Of a DNA stretch of 64,000 nt, positions 54,238 to 63,115 are shown piece after piece. Position 1 is the first letter of the stretch. Every line of letters begins with the position of its first letter. A program made the translations under genes and the position numbers. The stretch spans positions 124,001 to 188,000 of IMG/VR virus record IMGVR_UViG_3300037010_001702, one strand, 5' to 3'. The notes beneath the pieces are model-generated. The model saw nothing but the letters and a program-made list of their open reading frames with translations, ran no database searches and was not told the DNA's origin.

Positions 54238-54678
54238 ATGGAATTCTCAGTTGAAGGAAGCGCCAAGAATAGCAAGTTTGCAAATGCTTTGATGCCCTCG
54301 ATTATCAAGCAACTCAAGATCGAAAACAGTGTTTCTGCGGTTTGTGTGATCATTGATGATGGCTTTGGTGACAATGAGGGTATTACGGTTAACATGGGTA
54401 TTAGTGGTGTTGATTGCATCTTGGTTGTGATCAAGCCCCAACTTCTTCGTGGCAATAAGTTCTTGATTGCTCACAAGGAACTCGCTTTGTCTTTAGCACA
54501 CGAGATGGTTCATGTAAAGCAATTGGTAAAGGGTCAGTTAAAGAGTATGGCTGATGGTTCTCAGACCTGGTTAGGAAAGAGTTATCCAGCAGATACACCA
54601 TATTTGGATCGTCCATGGGAGATTGAAGCATTCTCCCGTCAAGAATTGATTATGCGGCGGGCCATAGAATTGATGTGA
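54238..54678 (+). CDS. HExxH metallopeptidase-like protein
   Basis: LAHEMVHVKQ..G.L, PYLDRPWEIEA. Confidence 0.75.
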   Translation: MEFSVEGSAKNSKFANALMPSIIKQLKIENSVSAVCVIIDDGFGDNEGITVNMGISGVDCILVVIKPQLLRGNKFLIAHKELALSLAHEMVHVKQLVKGQLKSMADGSQTWLGKSYPADTPYLDRPWEIEAFSRQELIMRRAIELM

Positions 54679-54859
54679 TTACGAAAGTTCAAGATCGTTA
54701 TAAGCACCGCGAAAGTAAGGCACCAGTGGTTGAGGTTGAATTTGGCTATGACATGATTAATTATGCATTCCTCTGTGATGCTGGTAATGGTTTCATTTAC
54801 ACTGCTCCAATTGCCGATTTTCTCAAATAGTATACCACCTATGCTAAGGTGAAATGTAA

Positions 54860-55045
54860 ATGTGGACTCTTCTTCTAGTCATTCTGATAAATGGTGGAGA
54901 ACAAACTAAATTTGAAACCCACGTTTACCAAACAGAAGAGCAGTGTATAATAGCTCAACACAGGTTTGAAACAGCAAGTACTTATGGTTATTGCAAATTA
55001 ACAAAGGAAGAATCAGATGTGCATCACCACTTTTCTCCACGATAG
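54860..55045 (+). CDS. Small hypothetical protein (hydrophobic N-terminus)
   Basis: MWTLLLVILI; two Cys. Confidence 0.5.
   Translation: MWTLLLVILINGGEQTKFETHVYQTEEQCIIAQHRFETASTYGYCKLTKEESDVHHHFSPR
54923..54951 (+). promoter_or_regulatory. Early-type promoter GTTTACC...TATAAT
   Basis: Same architecture as 7424, 56138 and 57826. Confidence 0.5.
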
Positions 55046-55358
55046 TGAATTGAATGTTCCTACCTCTAATGAGGAGTTGAACAAGATATTAAAGACTGTT
55101 CGTGATGAGACCAAAGAAGATTGGCAGGTTATCGAACGCTCTTATGTTCAACGTAAGATTTTCAAGAAGCCTGTTGTTGTAAAGTATTTTGAACTTTACA
55201 AGTGGATTGGCGGATTCGGTCCTTGGCAGTTGATAAACTTTTATCGGGCCAATTCCGAAACATCAATCAATACTGAGAATTCTGCAGATGTCGTGGTATC
55301 GTTTCTGATGGGAATTCGTTCTGGCTTTTATACTAAAGGTGCAAAAAATGCAAGTTGA
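55017..55358 (+). CDS. Hypothetical protein
   Basis: AAGGA RBS; 113 aa. Confidence 0.6.
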   Translation: MCITTFLHDSELNVPTSNEELNKILKTVRDETKEDWQVIERSYVQRKIFKKPVVVKYFELYKWIGGFGPWQLINFYRANSETSINTENSADVVVSFLMGIRSGFYTKGAKNAS

Positions 55359-55677
55359 TCAAATCAAGACCCAAATCGAACTAGCTCTTCAAGCTGCACG
55401 GGCTGCAGCTCAAAAGATGATCAATGATAATCCAGATGTCTGGTATCCTTGCGGTTTTGCATGGGTAAAGATTCGTCCAGCTCGTGGTCCAGTTGTAAAG
55501 GCTCTCAAAGAGATGGGTCTTGGAAAGGTAGATAGCTACGCTGGCGGATACATGGTTTATAACCCAAGTGGTAATGCTACTCAATGGATGGATGCAAAGA
55601 TTGAAGGGGCCCGTGCTTTTGCTGGTGTGCTCAAGAAGATGGGAGTCAATGCAACTGTACAATCTAGAATTGATTGA
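55348..55677 (+). CDS. Hypothetical phage protein
   Basis: CGFAWV..K..GARAFA.VL...SRID. Confidence 0.65.
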   Translation: MQVDQIKTQIELALQAARAAAQKMINDNPDVWYPCGFAWVKIRPARGPVVKALKEMGLGKVDSYAGGYMVYNPSGNATQWMDAKIEGARAFAGVLKKMGVNATVQSRID

Positions 55678-55886
55678 TGGAGCAGCATTTCAAGCACATG
55701 GCTCCAGAGGCATCGAGATTTTATACTCGATGTGTAAATGAGATTTTACTGAACATCTTTGCTGTTCGAGCTGGTCATTATGGACGATACATGCAAGAGA
55801 TGAAGGATGATGAAGACCTCCAAGAATGGAGGGAATGTTTACCTTTAGTAACAGCCATTATGGCATATAGAATGGGACAAATATGA
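55674..55886 (+). CDS. Hypothetical protein
   Basis: Coupled ORF in the early cluster. Confidence 0.5.
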   Translation: MMEQHFKHMAPEASRFYTRCVNEILLNIFAVRAGHYGRYMQEMKDDEDLQEWRECLPLVTAIMAYRMGQI

Positions 55887-56155
55887 TGAAAAACATAGCA
55901 AGGCAAGTCAAGATTTATCCGAAGTTTTCTGCTGGAGAGTGGCAGCTGAACACTGCTTCCAGGGATTGTAAACCTGCTGCAGATGCTTTGAATAAAGCTC
56001 TCAGGCTGGCAGTGAATACTGATGGTAGCACCAAAGACACTGCCCAAGAATACATGATGAGCATCATGCGACAGTTTGCTGAGTATGGTGCTTATGATTC
56101 AGAACCTATCTGGTTTTTGCGGGATGTTCTAACTCAAGTTTACAAACGACCCTAA
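55883..56155 (+). CDS. Hypothetical protein
   Basis: Coupled ORF with GAYDSEP motif. Confidence 0.6.
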   Translation: MMKNIARQVKIYPKFSAGEWQLNTASRDCKPAADALNKALRLAVNTDGSTKDTAQEYMMSIMRQFAEYGAYDSEPIWFLRDVLTQVYKRP

Positions 56156-56167
56156 TAAGATTATAAT
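56138..56167 (+). promoter_or_regulatory. Early-type promoter GTTTACA-N17-TATAAT
   Basis: Canonical spacing upstream of the HD gene. Confidence 0.65.
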
Positions 56168-56182
56168 GGAATTTTGGAGATA

Positions 56183-56791
56183 ATGTTGTCTGATGTACAA
56201 GAACGTTTCGATGCTTTCTTTAAGCGTTTTCGAATGACTCAAATGTGGCGCGACATGGTTAACACTCGTGAAGATAGCACATGGCATCGTGAAGAGAACG
56301 TGTCAGTGCATACGCGCATGTTGCTGGATTGGTACAAAGATAACCTGTTCAACTATCGTAATGATGTGCAGCGTGTTTTGACAATGGTAGCCTGTCTGTT
56401 TCATGATGTGGGTAAGCCACCAGCTCAAGTGGTAAAGACCTCTGCCGAGCGTGGTGAGTATCGTTCCTACCATGGTCATGAGCAATTGTCTGCTCGCATG
56501 TGGATAGATTATGCGATGTCTAACCAAGAGATGGTAAAGGAAACCCTGAGACTGTCCAACTTAGATATCTCCAACATAGCGCTGATGATCGAGTATCACG
56601 TTCCATTTATGCTGAAGGATAAGAAGAAGCGTAAGGCTCTAAAGGAATCTCTGATTAATCGAATGGGTAATGCTGGGCATCAAGCGTGGCTGGATATGCT
56701 GCTGTGTGATACCCATGGCCGTAACTCTGATGATCAAGCTGAAAATCTGGCCGCTGTAGATGCCTGGATGAAGGGCTGGGAAATAGTATAA
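56183..56791 (+). CDS. HD-domain phosphohydrolase
   Basis: WHRE.NV.VHT, LFHDVGKP, YHGHE..SA, IEYH, CD..GR. Confidence 0.85.
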   Translation: MLSDVQERFDAFFKRFRMTQMWRDMVNTREDSTWHREENVSVHTRMLLDWYKDNLFNYRNDVQRVLTMVACLFHDVGKPPAQVVKTSAERGEYRSYHGHEQLSARMWIDYAMSNQEMVKETLRLSNLDISNIALMIEYHVPFMLKDKKKRKALKESLINRMGNAGHQAWLDMLLCDTHGRNSDDQAENLAAVDAWMKGWEIV

Positions 56792-56962
56792 TACAAGATC
56801 AAGAGACGGCTGAATTGAAGCTTCAGCTTTACTCGCTCACTAGTAGATGTAAAATCGAATGGCGAAGGAGCTATTGAATTAGCGTGAGCACATAGCGTTT
56901 CATCTCTACTAGTACAACATCATTAATGGGGCTGGAATTACCAGTCAAGTCTGGAGAAGAGA

Positions 56963-57523
56963 ATGGCTAAGGTTTGTTTTGTCATGGTTGGTGTATCTGG
57001 TTCGGGCAAGTCCACGACCATATCGCGCATCAAGAAGATTGCTGGTGATGGACTACACATGGTCTTCTCCCTGGATAACTGTCGTATTCGTTTCCTGATG
57101 TCAAAGACTGGAATGGTTTCTGACCTGGATGATGAGAAGTCCATCTACGAGATGGCTTTCCAACATGCAAATGATAATCAGAAGGAGTTCGACGCATTCG
57201 TAAATGAATTGTGGGCTAAGTGCCTGGCTGCAGATATTCTGTTTGTCGACAACATGAACCTGACTCGTAAGTCTCGGGCTCGTTGGATTCAAGATGCACG
57301 TTCGAAGAAGTTTGCGATTTGGGGTGTTGAGATGATGACTCCTCTGGATACCATCCTCTCTCGTCAGTCAACTCGTACTGATAAGACTGTGCCTGAATCT
57401 ATGGTACGTGATATGTACATGCGCCAGCAATCTCTGATGGTTGGTGATGAAGTAGATTTTCTGGTTGTTGTAGACGGCTCCAAAGATCGAACAGCAACTG
57501 AAAGGTATCCTGTTCCGGGCTGA
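56963..57523 (+). CDS. Polynucleotide-kinase-like P-loop protein (AAA_33)
   Basis: MVGVSGSGKST, FSLD..R, VDNMNL..KSR, R...R.DK.VP. Confidence 0.8.
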   Translation: MAKVCFVMVGVSGSGKSTTISRIKKIAGDGLHMVFSLDNCRIRFLMSKTGMVSDLDDEKSIYEMAFQHANDNQKEFDAFVNELWAKCLAADILFVDNMNLTRKSRARWIQDARSKKFAIWGVEMMTPLDTILSRQSTRTDKTVPESMVRDMYMRQQSLMVGDEVDFLVVVDGSKDRTATERYPVPG

Positions 57524-57825
57524 TTGATATCCTGAACACTCCAAATCCTATTACTAAAACGGTGTACCTGGATGTGTTCAAAGACAAGGGTTACTACTCT
57601 AAAAGCAGCCTCATTACAAGTGGAGCTTTGCTCATACTCCTGCTGAGGCTATGTAATATGCAACTGAAAAGCGGGTACTAGAGCAAAGTGGGGTAATTCT
57701 GCATTGTCAAATTTGCTCGTCAAGGCTGAAACAAAGTCACCAATACTTCTGAAACTTGGCGAGAAGAAAGCAGCACAGGGACCCATCGAGAAGATCACTC
57801 TGACTTCTTTAATTGCAAAATAAGA

Positions 57826-57855
57826 GTTTACTACACCGCCAGCGCAGTGTATAAT
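57826..57855 (+). promoter_or_regulatory. Early-type promoter GTTTACT-N17-TATAAT
   Basis: Upstream of gp32; a late TATAAATA box also lies at 57965-57972. Confidence 0.65.
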
Positions 57856-58033
57856 AACCTTTACAGACAATGCAATGTTGTCTAGATGATGACTTTGTTC
57901 AAGAGTTCTTCTTGAACCACCCATGATGAATTTAATGTCTTAACTACATACTGGTTGAGCGTACTATAAATATTTTGTGCAATTCAATTGCACAGTTTAT
58001 TTTACTTTGATTTTTAATTTTTAGGAGAAATTT

Positions 58034-58909
58034 ATGTCCAGCGCAAAAAACAAACTTGAAGCTCTAAAGAGCGCCTTTGATAAGAAGGCCTCCACTACAG
58101 GTGGAGGCGACCAATCTTGGAAGCTTAAGTATCCCTTCTGGAAAATGCCAGATGACTCTACAGCAGTTGTTCGTTTCCTCCCCGACCTTGACGACGAAAA
58201 CAGCCTCGGATTCCTTGTTGAAAATCTTCAGCACGAGTTGATTATTAATGGGCAGAAAAAGACTGTTCCTTGCCTTTCCATGTATGGTGAAGATTGCCCA
58301 ATCTGTGCTCTTTCACGTAAGTACTACGATGAGAAGAATGAAGAGATGGGTAAGAAGTATTACCGCAAGAAGTCCTACATCGGACAGGTAATTGTTATCG
58401 AGTCCCCAATTGAACATGACCAATCTCAACTTGTTAAGTTGATCGAATTTGGACCAGCAGTGTTCAAACAAATCCAAGCTGCATTCCAGTCTGGAGACTT
58501 GGAAGTACCTCCTTACGAGCTTAAGGGTGGATACAACTTCCGCATCAAGAAGACAAAGAATGGTCAGTACGCTTCTTACACCACATCCAGCTTTGCTCCT
58601 AAGCAATCTGATTTGGAAGATGAGATTCTTGAAGCCATCAATCTTTACAACCTTGCTGACTACCGTGGTGCCAAGATGGACCGTGCTACAGTTGAAGCTC
58701 TGCTTACAGCAGACCAAACTGGTGCAGCATTCAAGGAAAGTAGTCATGATGAAGATGAAGCTCCTGCTGCAAAGCCAGCTCTAGTAGCTAAGCAAGCTCC
58801 AGCACCTACTCCTGTAGAAGAGGAAGCACCTACACCAGCTAAGACTGGTTCTGTCCTTGAACAACTCAAGGCTCGCGCTAAAGCTAAAGCAGCAGCTGAA
58901 GCTCAGTAA
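58034..58909 (+). CDS. gp32: Single-stranded DNA-binding protein gp32
   Basis: VRFLPD, CL..YGEDCPIC, FG..VFKQI, GYNFRIKK, Y.SY..S.F; T-rich leader. Confidence 0.9.
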   Translation: MSSAKNKLEALKSAFDKKASTTGGGDQSWKLKYPFWKMPDDSTAVVRFLPDLDDENSLGFLVENLQHELIINGQKKTVPCLSMYGEDCPICALSRKYYDEKNEEMGKKYYRKKSYIGQVIVIESPIEHDQSQLVKLIEFGPAVFKQIQAAFQSGDLEVPPYELKGGYNFRIKKTKNGQYASYTTSSFAPKQSDLEDEILEAINLYNLADYRGAKMDRATVEALLTADQTGAAFKESSHDEDEAPAAKPALVAKQAPAPTPVEEEAPTPAKTGSVLEQLKARAKAKAAAEAQ

Positions 58910-58919
58910 TCCACAAATA

Positions 58920-58959
58920 GGAATGCTTGGGGGATAATTACCCTCCAGCATTTCCTTTC
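58920..58959 (+). terminator. Putative terminator/hairpin after gp32
   Basis: GGAATGCTTGGGGG..CCCTCCAGCATTTCCTTTC. Confidence 0.5.
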
Positions 58960-58971
58960 ACGAGGAAAAAT

Positions 58972-60048
58972 ATGGCCGGATTATCATTTCTAAAAGATTT
59001 CCAAAAGGCTGCTAAGAAAATCAGTACGATCTCTATTGGGGTTCGACAGGTTAATGAGTGGCTTTCATCTGGAAATTATGCATTAAACTACTCGCTCACT
59101 GGCGACTGGAATAAATTTGTACCACTTGGCCGCTCTACAGCTCTTGTAGGCCCATCTGGTTCAGGCAAATCATTTCTAGCAACCTCTGCTATTCGTGAGG
59201 CACAGCGATCGGGCTGGCACGTATTGCTTCTTGATTCTGAAAATGCTCTTGACATTACTTATCTTCAAAAGATTGGTGTTAAGATTGACGAAGACTCAAT
59301 GACGTATGTCAAGGTCACCATGATTGAAGATGTGAACCAAGTTCTCTCTGAGTTCTTTAGTTCATACATCAAGAGCTATGGCACTAATAATTATGATGCC
59401 CCTCGTGTTCTTATTGTTATTGATTCTTTGGCTATGCTTGCATCTACCACTGAATTGGAAAACTATGAACGCGACGGCACTGTTAAAGGTGACCTTGGTC
59501 AGCTAGCAAAACGTCGTAAGGCAATGTTGAAGATGCTTCATGGCAAAATTGCAATGCTTCCAATGGCACTCGTGTTTACCGACCACGTCTACCCGCAAGA
59601 CATCATGATGGGAGATGGCGCATGGGCAATGACTAACAGCGTTAAGTTCTTCCCGTCTATTACTGCTTTGGCTACCAAGCTTAAGTTGAGGGAAGGTACT
59701 GACATTGTCGGTATCAGAATGCGAGTTGAAACATACAAATCGCGCTTTGCGAAAATCGGAAGTAAAGTTGAACTTGAACTTCCATACAGCACTGGATTAT
59801 CTCCATTCTCTGGTCTAGCAGAGCTTTTGGAAGATCTTGGTGTGATTACAAAATCTGATGTTCCTGGTAAGAAACAGGGATGGATGATGTCCGTTGGGCC
59901 TATTGATGGTGAAACATATTTCTTTAAGCCTGACAACATGACGCACGAAGATGCAGCAAAGCTCTTCAAGCACCCTAAGGCACAACCAACAATTGCAGCA
60001 GATGAGATGCCAGAACTTCCTGATCTCGATGCTGAAGAAGGAGAATAA
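58972..60048 (+). CDS. uvsX: RecA-like recombinase UvsX
   Basis: SSGNYALN, GPSGSGKS, LDSENA, IVIDSLAML, KSRF. Confidence 0.93.
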   Translation: MAGLSFLKDFQKAAKKISTISIGVRQVNEWLSSGNYALNYSLTGDWNKFVPLGRSTALVGPSGSGKSFLATSAIREAQRSGWHVLLLDSENALDITYLQKIGVKIDEDSMTYVKVTMIEDVNQVLSEFFSSYIKSYGTNNYDAPRVLIVIDSLAMLASTTELENYERDGTVKGDLGQLAKRRKAMLKMLHGKIAMLPMALVFTDHVYPQDIMMGDGAWAMTNSVKFFPSITALATKLKLREGTDIVGIRMRVETYKSRFAKIGSKVELELPYSTGLSPFSGLAELLEDLGVITKSDVPGKKQGWMMSVGPIDGETYFFKPDNMTHEDAAKLFKHPKAQPTIAADEMPELPDLDAEEGE

Positions 60049-60049
60049 C

Positions 60050-60250
60050 ATGGCAAAAAATACATACGGTGAATCAATCACAATCGAAATCGTTTCAGGC
60101 GGTTTCATTCTTACTTACCCAGTTAAGAGCGATCAAGCATCTGACTCTTATGACAGCGCTCAACGTGAAGTATTTGCTTCACCCCGCAAACTAAATAAGA
60201 AAATCCAAGAGGTTATCAAGGACATTGGGCTTGTAGCTGACGAAGACTAA
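60050..60250 (+). CDS. Hypothetical protein
   Basis: GGAG RBS; 66 aa. Confidence 0.7.
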   Translation: MAKNTYGESITIEIVSGGFILTYPVKSDQASDSYDSAQREVFASPRKLNKKIQEVIKDIGLVADED

Positions 60251-60262
60251 GTAACCAAACCA

Positions 60263-60288
60263 GGAGAGGGCTAAATTTAGCCCTCTCC
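60263..60288. terminator. Perfect 26-bp palindrome, probable terminator
   Basis: GGAGAGGGCTAAA/TTTAGCCCTCTCC followed by CTTTC. Confidence 0.7.
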
Positions 60289-60295
60289 CTTTCAA

Positions 60296-60583
60296 ATGAA
60301 TAATTTTTTGACGTATTGCGCTCTAGCAAAATTCAAACATCTAATTGAGTCTACGCCCGGGTGTGTAGCTGTTGCTCTCACTGCTGGTAAAGGTGGTGGG
60401 TTTGAAATAGAATTTTTGTTTTCTTCCGGGTCAAAGAGTGATATAATGATCTCTAATTCACCCAGAGTCTTTACTGATGTTCCAACCCTTCAACTCATGA
60501 AGGAAGATTCAGTAGATTTCAGTTATGATTCAGGGGAATTCATAATAACAAAGGATTCAAATGTCATTCCTGCTTTTGCTTGA
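60296..60583 (+). CDS. IscA/HesB-like fold protein lacking conserved cysteines
   Basis: VALTAGKGGGFEIEFLF..VFTD..TLQLM..SVDF..F.I resembles IscA GGCSGF..VD..SL..VD. Confidence 0.5.
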   Translation: MNNFLTYCALAKFKHLIESTPGCVAVALTAGKGGGFEIEFLFSSGSKSDIMISNSPRVFTDVPTLQLMKEDSVDFSYDSGEFIITKDSNVIPAFA

Positions 60584-61022
60584 AGAAGATAAATTAGGCG
60601 CGGTGTTGGATAGATTACCGGCCTATGAAAAGAAACTTCAAGACGCTGAGCCAATCTTCAAATTAGAAGGCAGACGTCTTGAAGAGATTGCTAGAACACT
60701 TCCACACTATCAGGCCTCTTATGATCAAACTCTTCAAGAGTTGAGAGCTCTTGAAGAGTGGTTGAACAATTTAAAAGAGAAACGTGTTGCTAAATACTGG
60801 AAAAAGTATCTGGAAGGTTATCAGCGCACACTTACCTCTCGCGATATCCAAGCATACATTGCTGGCGAAAAAGAAATTGTTGAGCTCAATCAAATCATCA
60901 TTGAAGTTGCTCTTATGAAGAGTAACGCTTTATCTATTGTAGAGGCTATTAAGAATCTTGGATGGATGGTAGGTCATATAACTAAATTGAGAGTTGCAGA
61001 AATGCAAGATGCTGTACTATGA
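60561..61022 (+). CDS. uvsY: Recombination mediator UvsY
   Basis: KKYLE.Y.R.LTSRDI..YI.GE, GW.VG.I.KLRVA; lies between uvsX and uvsW. Confidence 0.85.
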   Translation: MSFLLLLEEDKLGAVLDRLPAYEKKLQDAEPIFKLEGRRLEEIARTLPHYQASYDQTLQELRALEEWLNNLKEKRVAKYWKKYLEGYQRTLTSRDIQAYIAGEKEIVELNQIIIEVALMKSNALSIVEAIKNLGWMVGHITKLRVAEMQDAVL

Positions 61023-61161
61023 ACACACCAGGATTTACAGGAAAATTTAAAGTTGATGAAGATCTTCTTAGCTAGATTGCTGGTCTAGAAGATAAAGAGT
61101 TGTCAAAGTATTCATACACTTTTGCTGCATAACACAAACTAGAACGGCACTTCTAAATCAC

Positions 61162-62220
61162 ATGAAATGTATTCTGCGAATAACCGATGAAGTATGGTGC
61201 CAGATATCTGGTATAATGCCTGGGCATGTAGAGACATTAGTAAAAGCATTTTCTGTTCACCCAGAAGGTTATTTTTTTATGCCTGCCTTCAAGCTTGGGA
61301 GATGGAACGGATATATCCAATTTTATTCTCCAACAGGTAAGACCTATGTCCGTCTATTAGATCAGGTTATCCCTTACTTAGAGAAGTGGGGATATGACAT
61401 TGAGCTGATAGATAATCGAAAGTACTTTGAACCTCCTGTAGTTGGCGGTAAGCTTTTGACTATTGACCCTGCGGGCATTGCTCTCACTGCTTCTGGGACT
61501 AACATAATGGGCGATGATGTTGTCGTTGGCGGAAAGGTATTCAATCTCCGCCCATACCAATTACAGTGTGTTCAGATTGCTGTAGAGAATGGAAGTGGTT
61601 TCATTATCGCAGGAACTGGTGCAGGCAAAACCTCCATCACAGGTGCTCTCTCCTACTACTATGCCAATGCCGGCTATAAAGTAATCACGATTGTTCCATC
61701 CGGTGATCTTGTAGACCAAACAGCTGAGTGGTATGAACTCCTAGGTCTAGATGTAGGCACCTATTCTGGTACAGAGAAGGACCTTGACCACATGCACATC
61801 GTTGCAACGTGGCAGGCAGTACAGTATAATCCTACAATCATGCATGACTTTCAATGTCTGATTTGGGATGAGTGTTTTTGTGGTGAGACTCCTGTATTGA
61901 TGTCTGACATGACGGAAAAGAAAATAAAAGACGTTCGGGTCGGTGATTATGTTTTATCAATGGACGCAAACGGAAATTTCGAGCCTTGTAAAGTGTTAAA
62001 AACTCACATTAATTTACCAAAATCTAAGGTAAAAATGCTTCGGCTAACGTTTGATAATGGACGTTATTTAGATGTTACCGAAAATCATATTTTCTATCTA
62101 AAAGATGGTAGAAAGGTTATGGCAAAAGATTTAACTGAGCGTGATGATATATGTGAATTCTCCTTAAATAAAATGAAAGCTCATGGAGATAAAGTGAATG
62201 AAGAAGAAAATCATAAATGA
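61162..62220 (+). CDS. uvsW: UvsW helicase N-terminal part plus split IntN (115 aa)
   Basis: LRPYQ, GTGAGKT, ATWQ, IWDE|CFCGETPVLM (IntN starts at 61873), block B VTENHIF. Confidence 0.93.
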   Translation: MKCILRITDEVWCQISGIMPGHVETLVKAFSVHPEGYFFMPAFKLGRWNGYIQFYSPTGKTYVRLLDQVIPYLEKWGYDIELIDNRKYFEPPVVGGKLLTIDPAGIALTASGTNIMGDDVVVGGKVFNLRPYQLQCVQIAVENGSGFIIAGTGAGKTSITGALSYYYANAGYKVITIVPSGDLVDQTAEWYELLGLDVGTYSGTEKDLDHMHIVATWQAVQYNPTIMHDFQCLIWDECFCGETPVLMSDMTEKKIKDVRVGDYVLSMDANGNFEPCKVLKTHINLPKSKVKMLRLTFDNGRYLDVTENHIFYLKDGRKVMAKDLTERDDICEFSLNKMKAHGDKVNEEENHK

Positions 62221-63115
62221 TTTACTAGGAGATGAATTTTTAATAGATATTAAGTTTTTACCTAGAACCGGATCAGTCAGATTGCCTTTTGATTCAGCTG
62301 TATTTTCATGTGGTCGCAAGCTTAATAAAAAAGAGTTTGGTAAATTTTATAGACTATTAATGCAAGGTCATCTTGAAGAAGCTAGGACTTTTGTAGCAGC
62401 TCCACAAGAATTTGAAAAATTAAACAAACAACGAAGGCAGATTGCTGCTTCTAAAGGTGGTAGGGCTGCCATGTTAGATCCGAAAAATTATGTTTGTAAT
62501 AAAAATGGTACGCATTGGAATAGAGGGACAGTTGGATTAGTTAAGGCATGGAACAAAGGATTAACTAAAAATACTGATGTTCGATGCAAAAACATCTCTA
62601 TCGCTAAAATGGGAGCAAAAAACCCAATGTATGGTAGACCAGTATCAGCTTTAACGCGTGAAAAGTTATCATTAAAAGCAAAGCAAAATATTGAATCAGG
62701 TAAATGGACCCCTAATACGTTTAATTCTAGAACAAGAAAGCAACTTAAATTTAGAGATAAACTTTTCAGAAGTAGCTGGGAGGCTCTTTTTTATCAAGCA
62801 TTTCCACAAGCAGAATACGAAAAGATTAGAATACCGTATTTTACTGATAAGCATCACGTTTACATTACCGATTTTAAAGTTGGTAATGTAATTTATGAAA
62901 TAAAACCTGAGAAGTACGTAAAATTAAAACAACCCATTCTTGATATAGTAGCACGCTGGTGTGTTAGCAATGGATTTGAATTTGTTATATTAACTGAATT
63001 TTCTTTAACAGAACTAATACCAAAACACACTGTTAATTTTAGTGAATTTGATGAAAATACTGAAAAACTATTAAGAGGATTATATGCATCTGTTGAAAAA
63101 AGAAGAAATAGATAA
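62198..63115 (+). mobile_element. Free-standing endonuclease (NUMOD-like plus PD-(D/E)XK) between the uvsW halves
   Basis: AWNKGL, KNPMYG, FRSSWE, YE..RIPY, Y.TDF, YEIKP; AT-rich; GGAG RBS. Confidence 0.8.
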
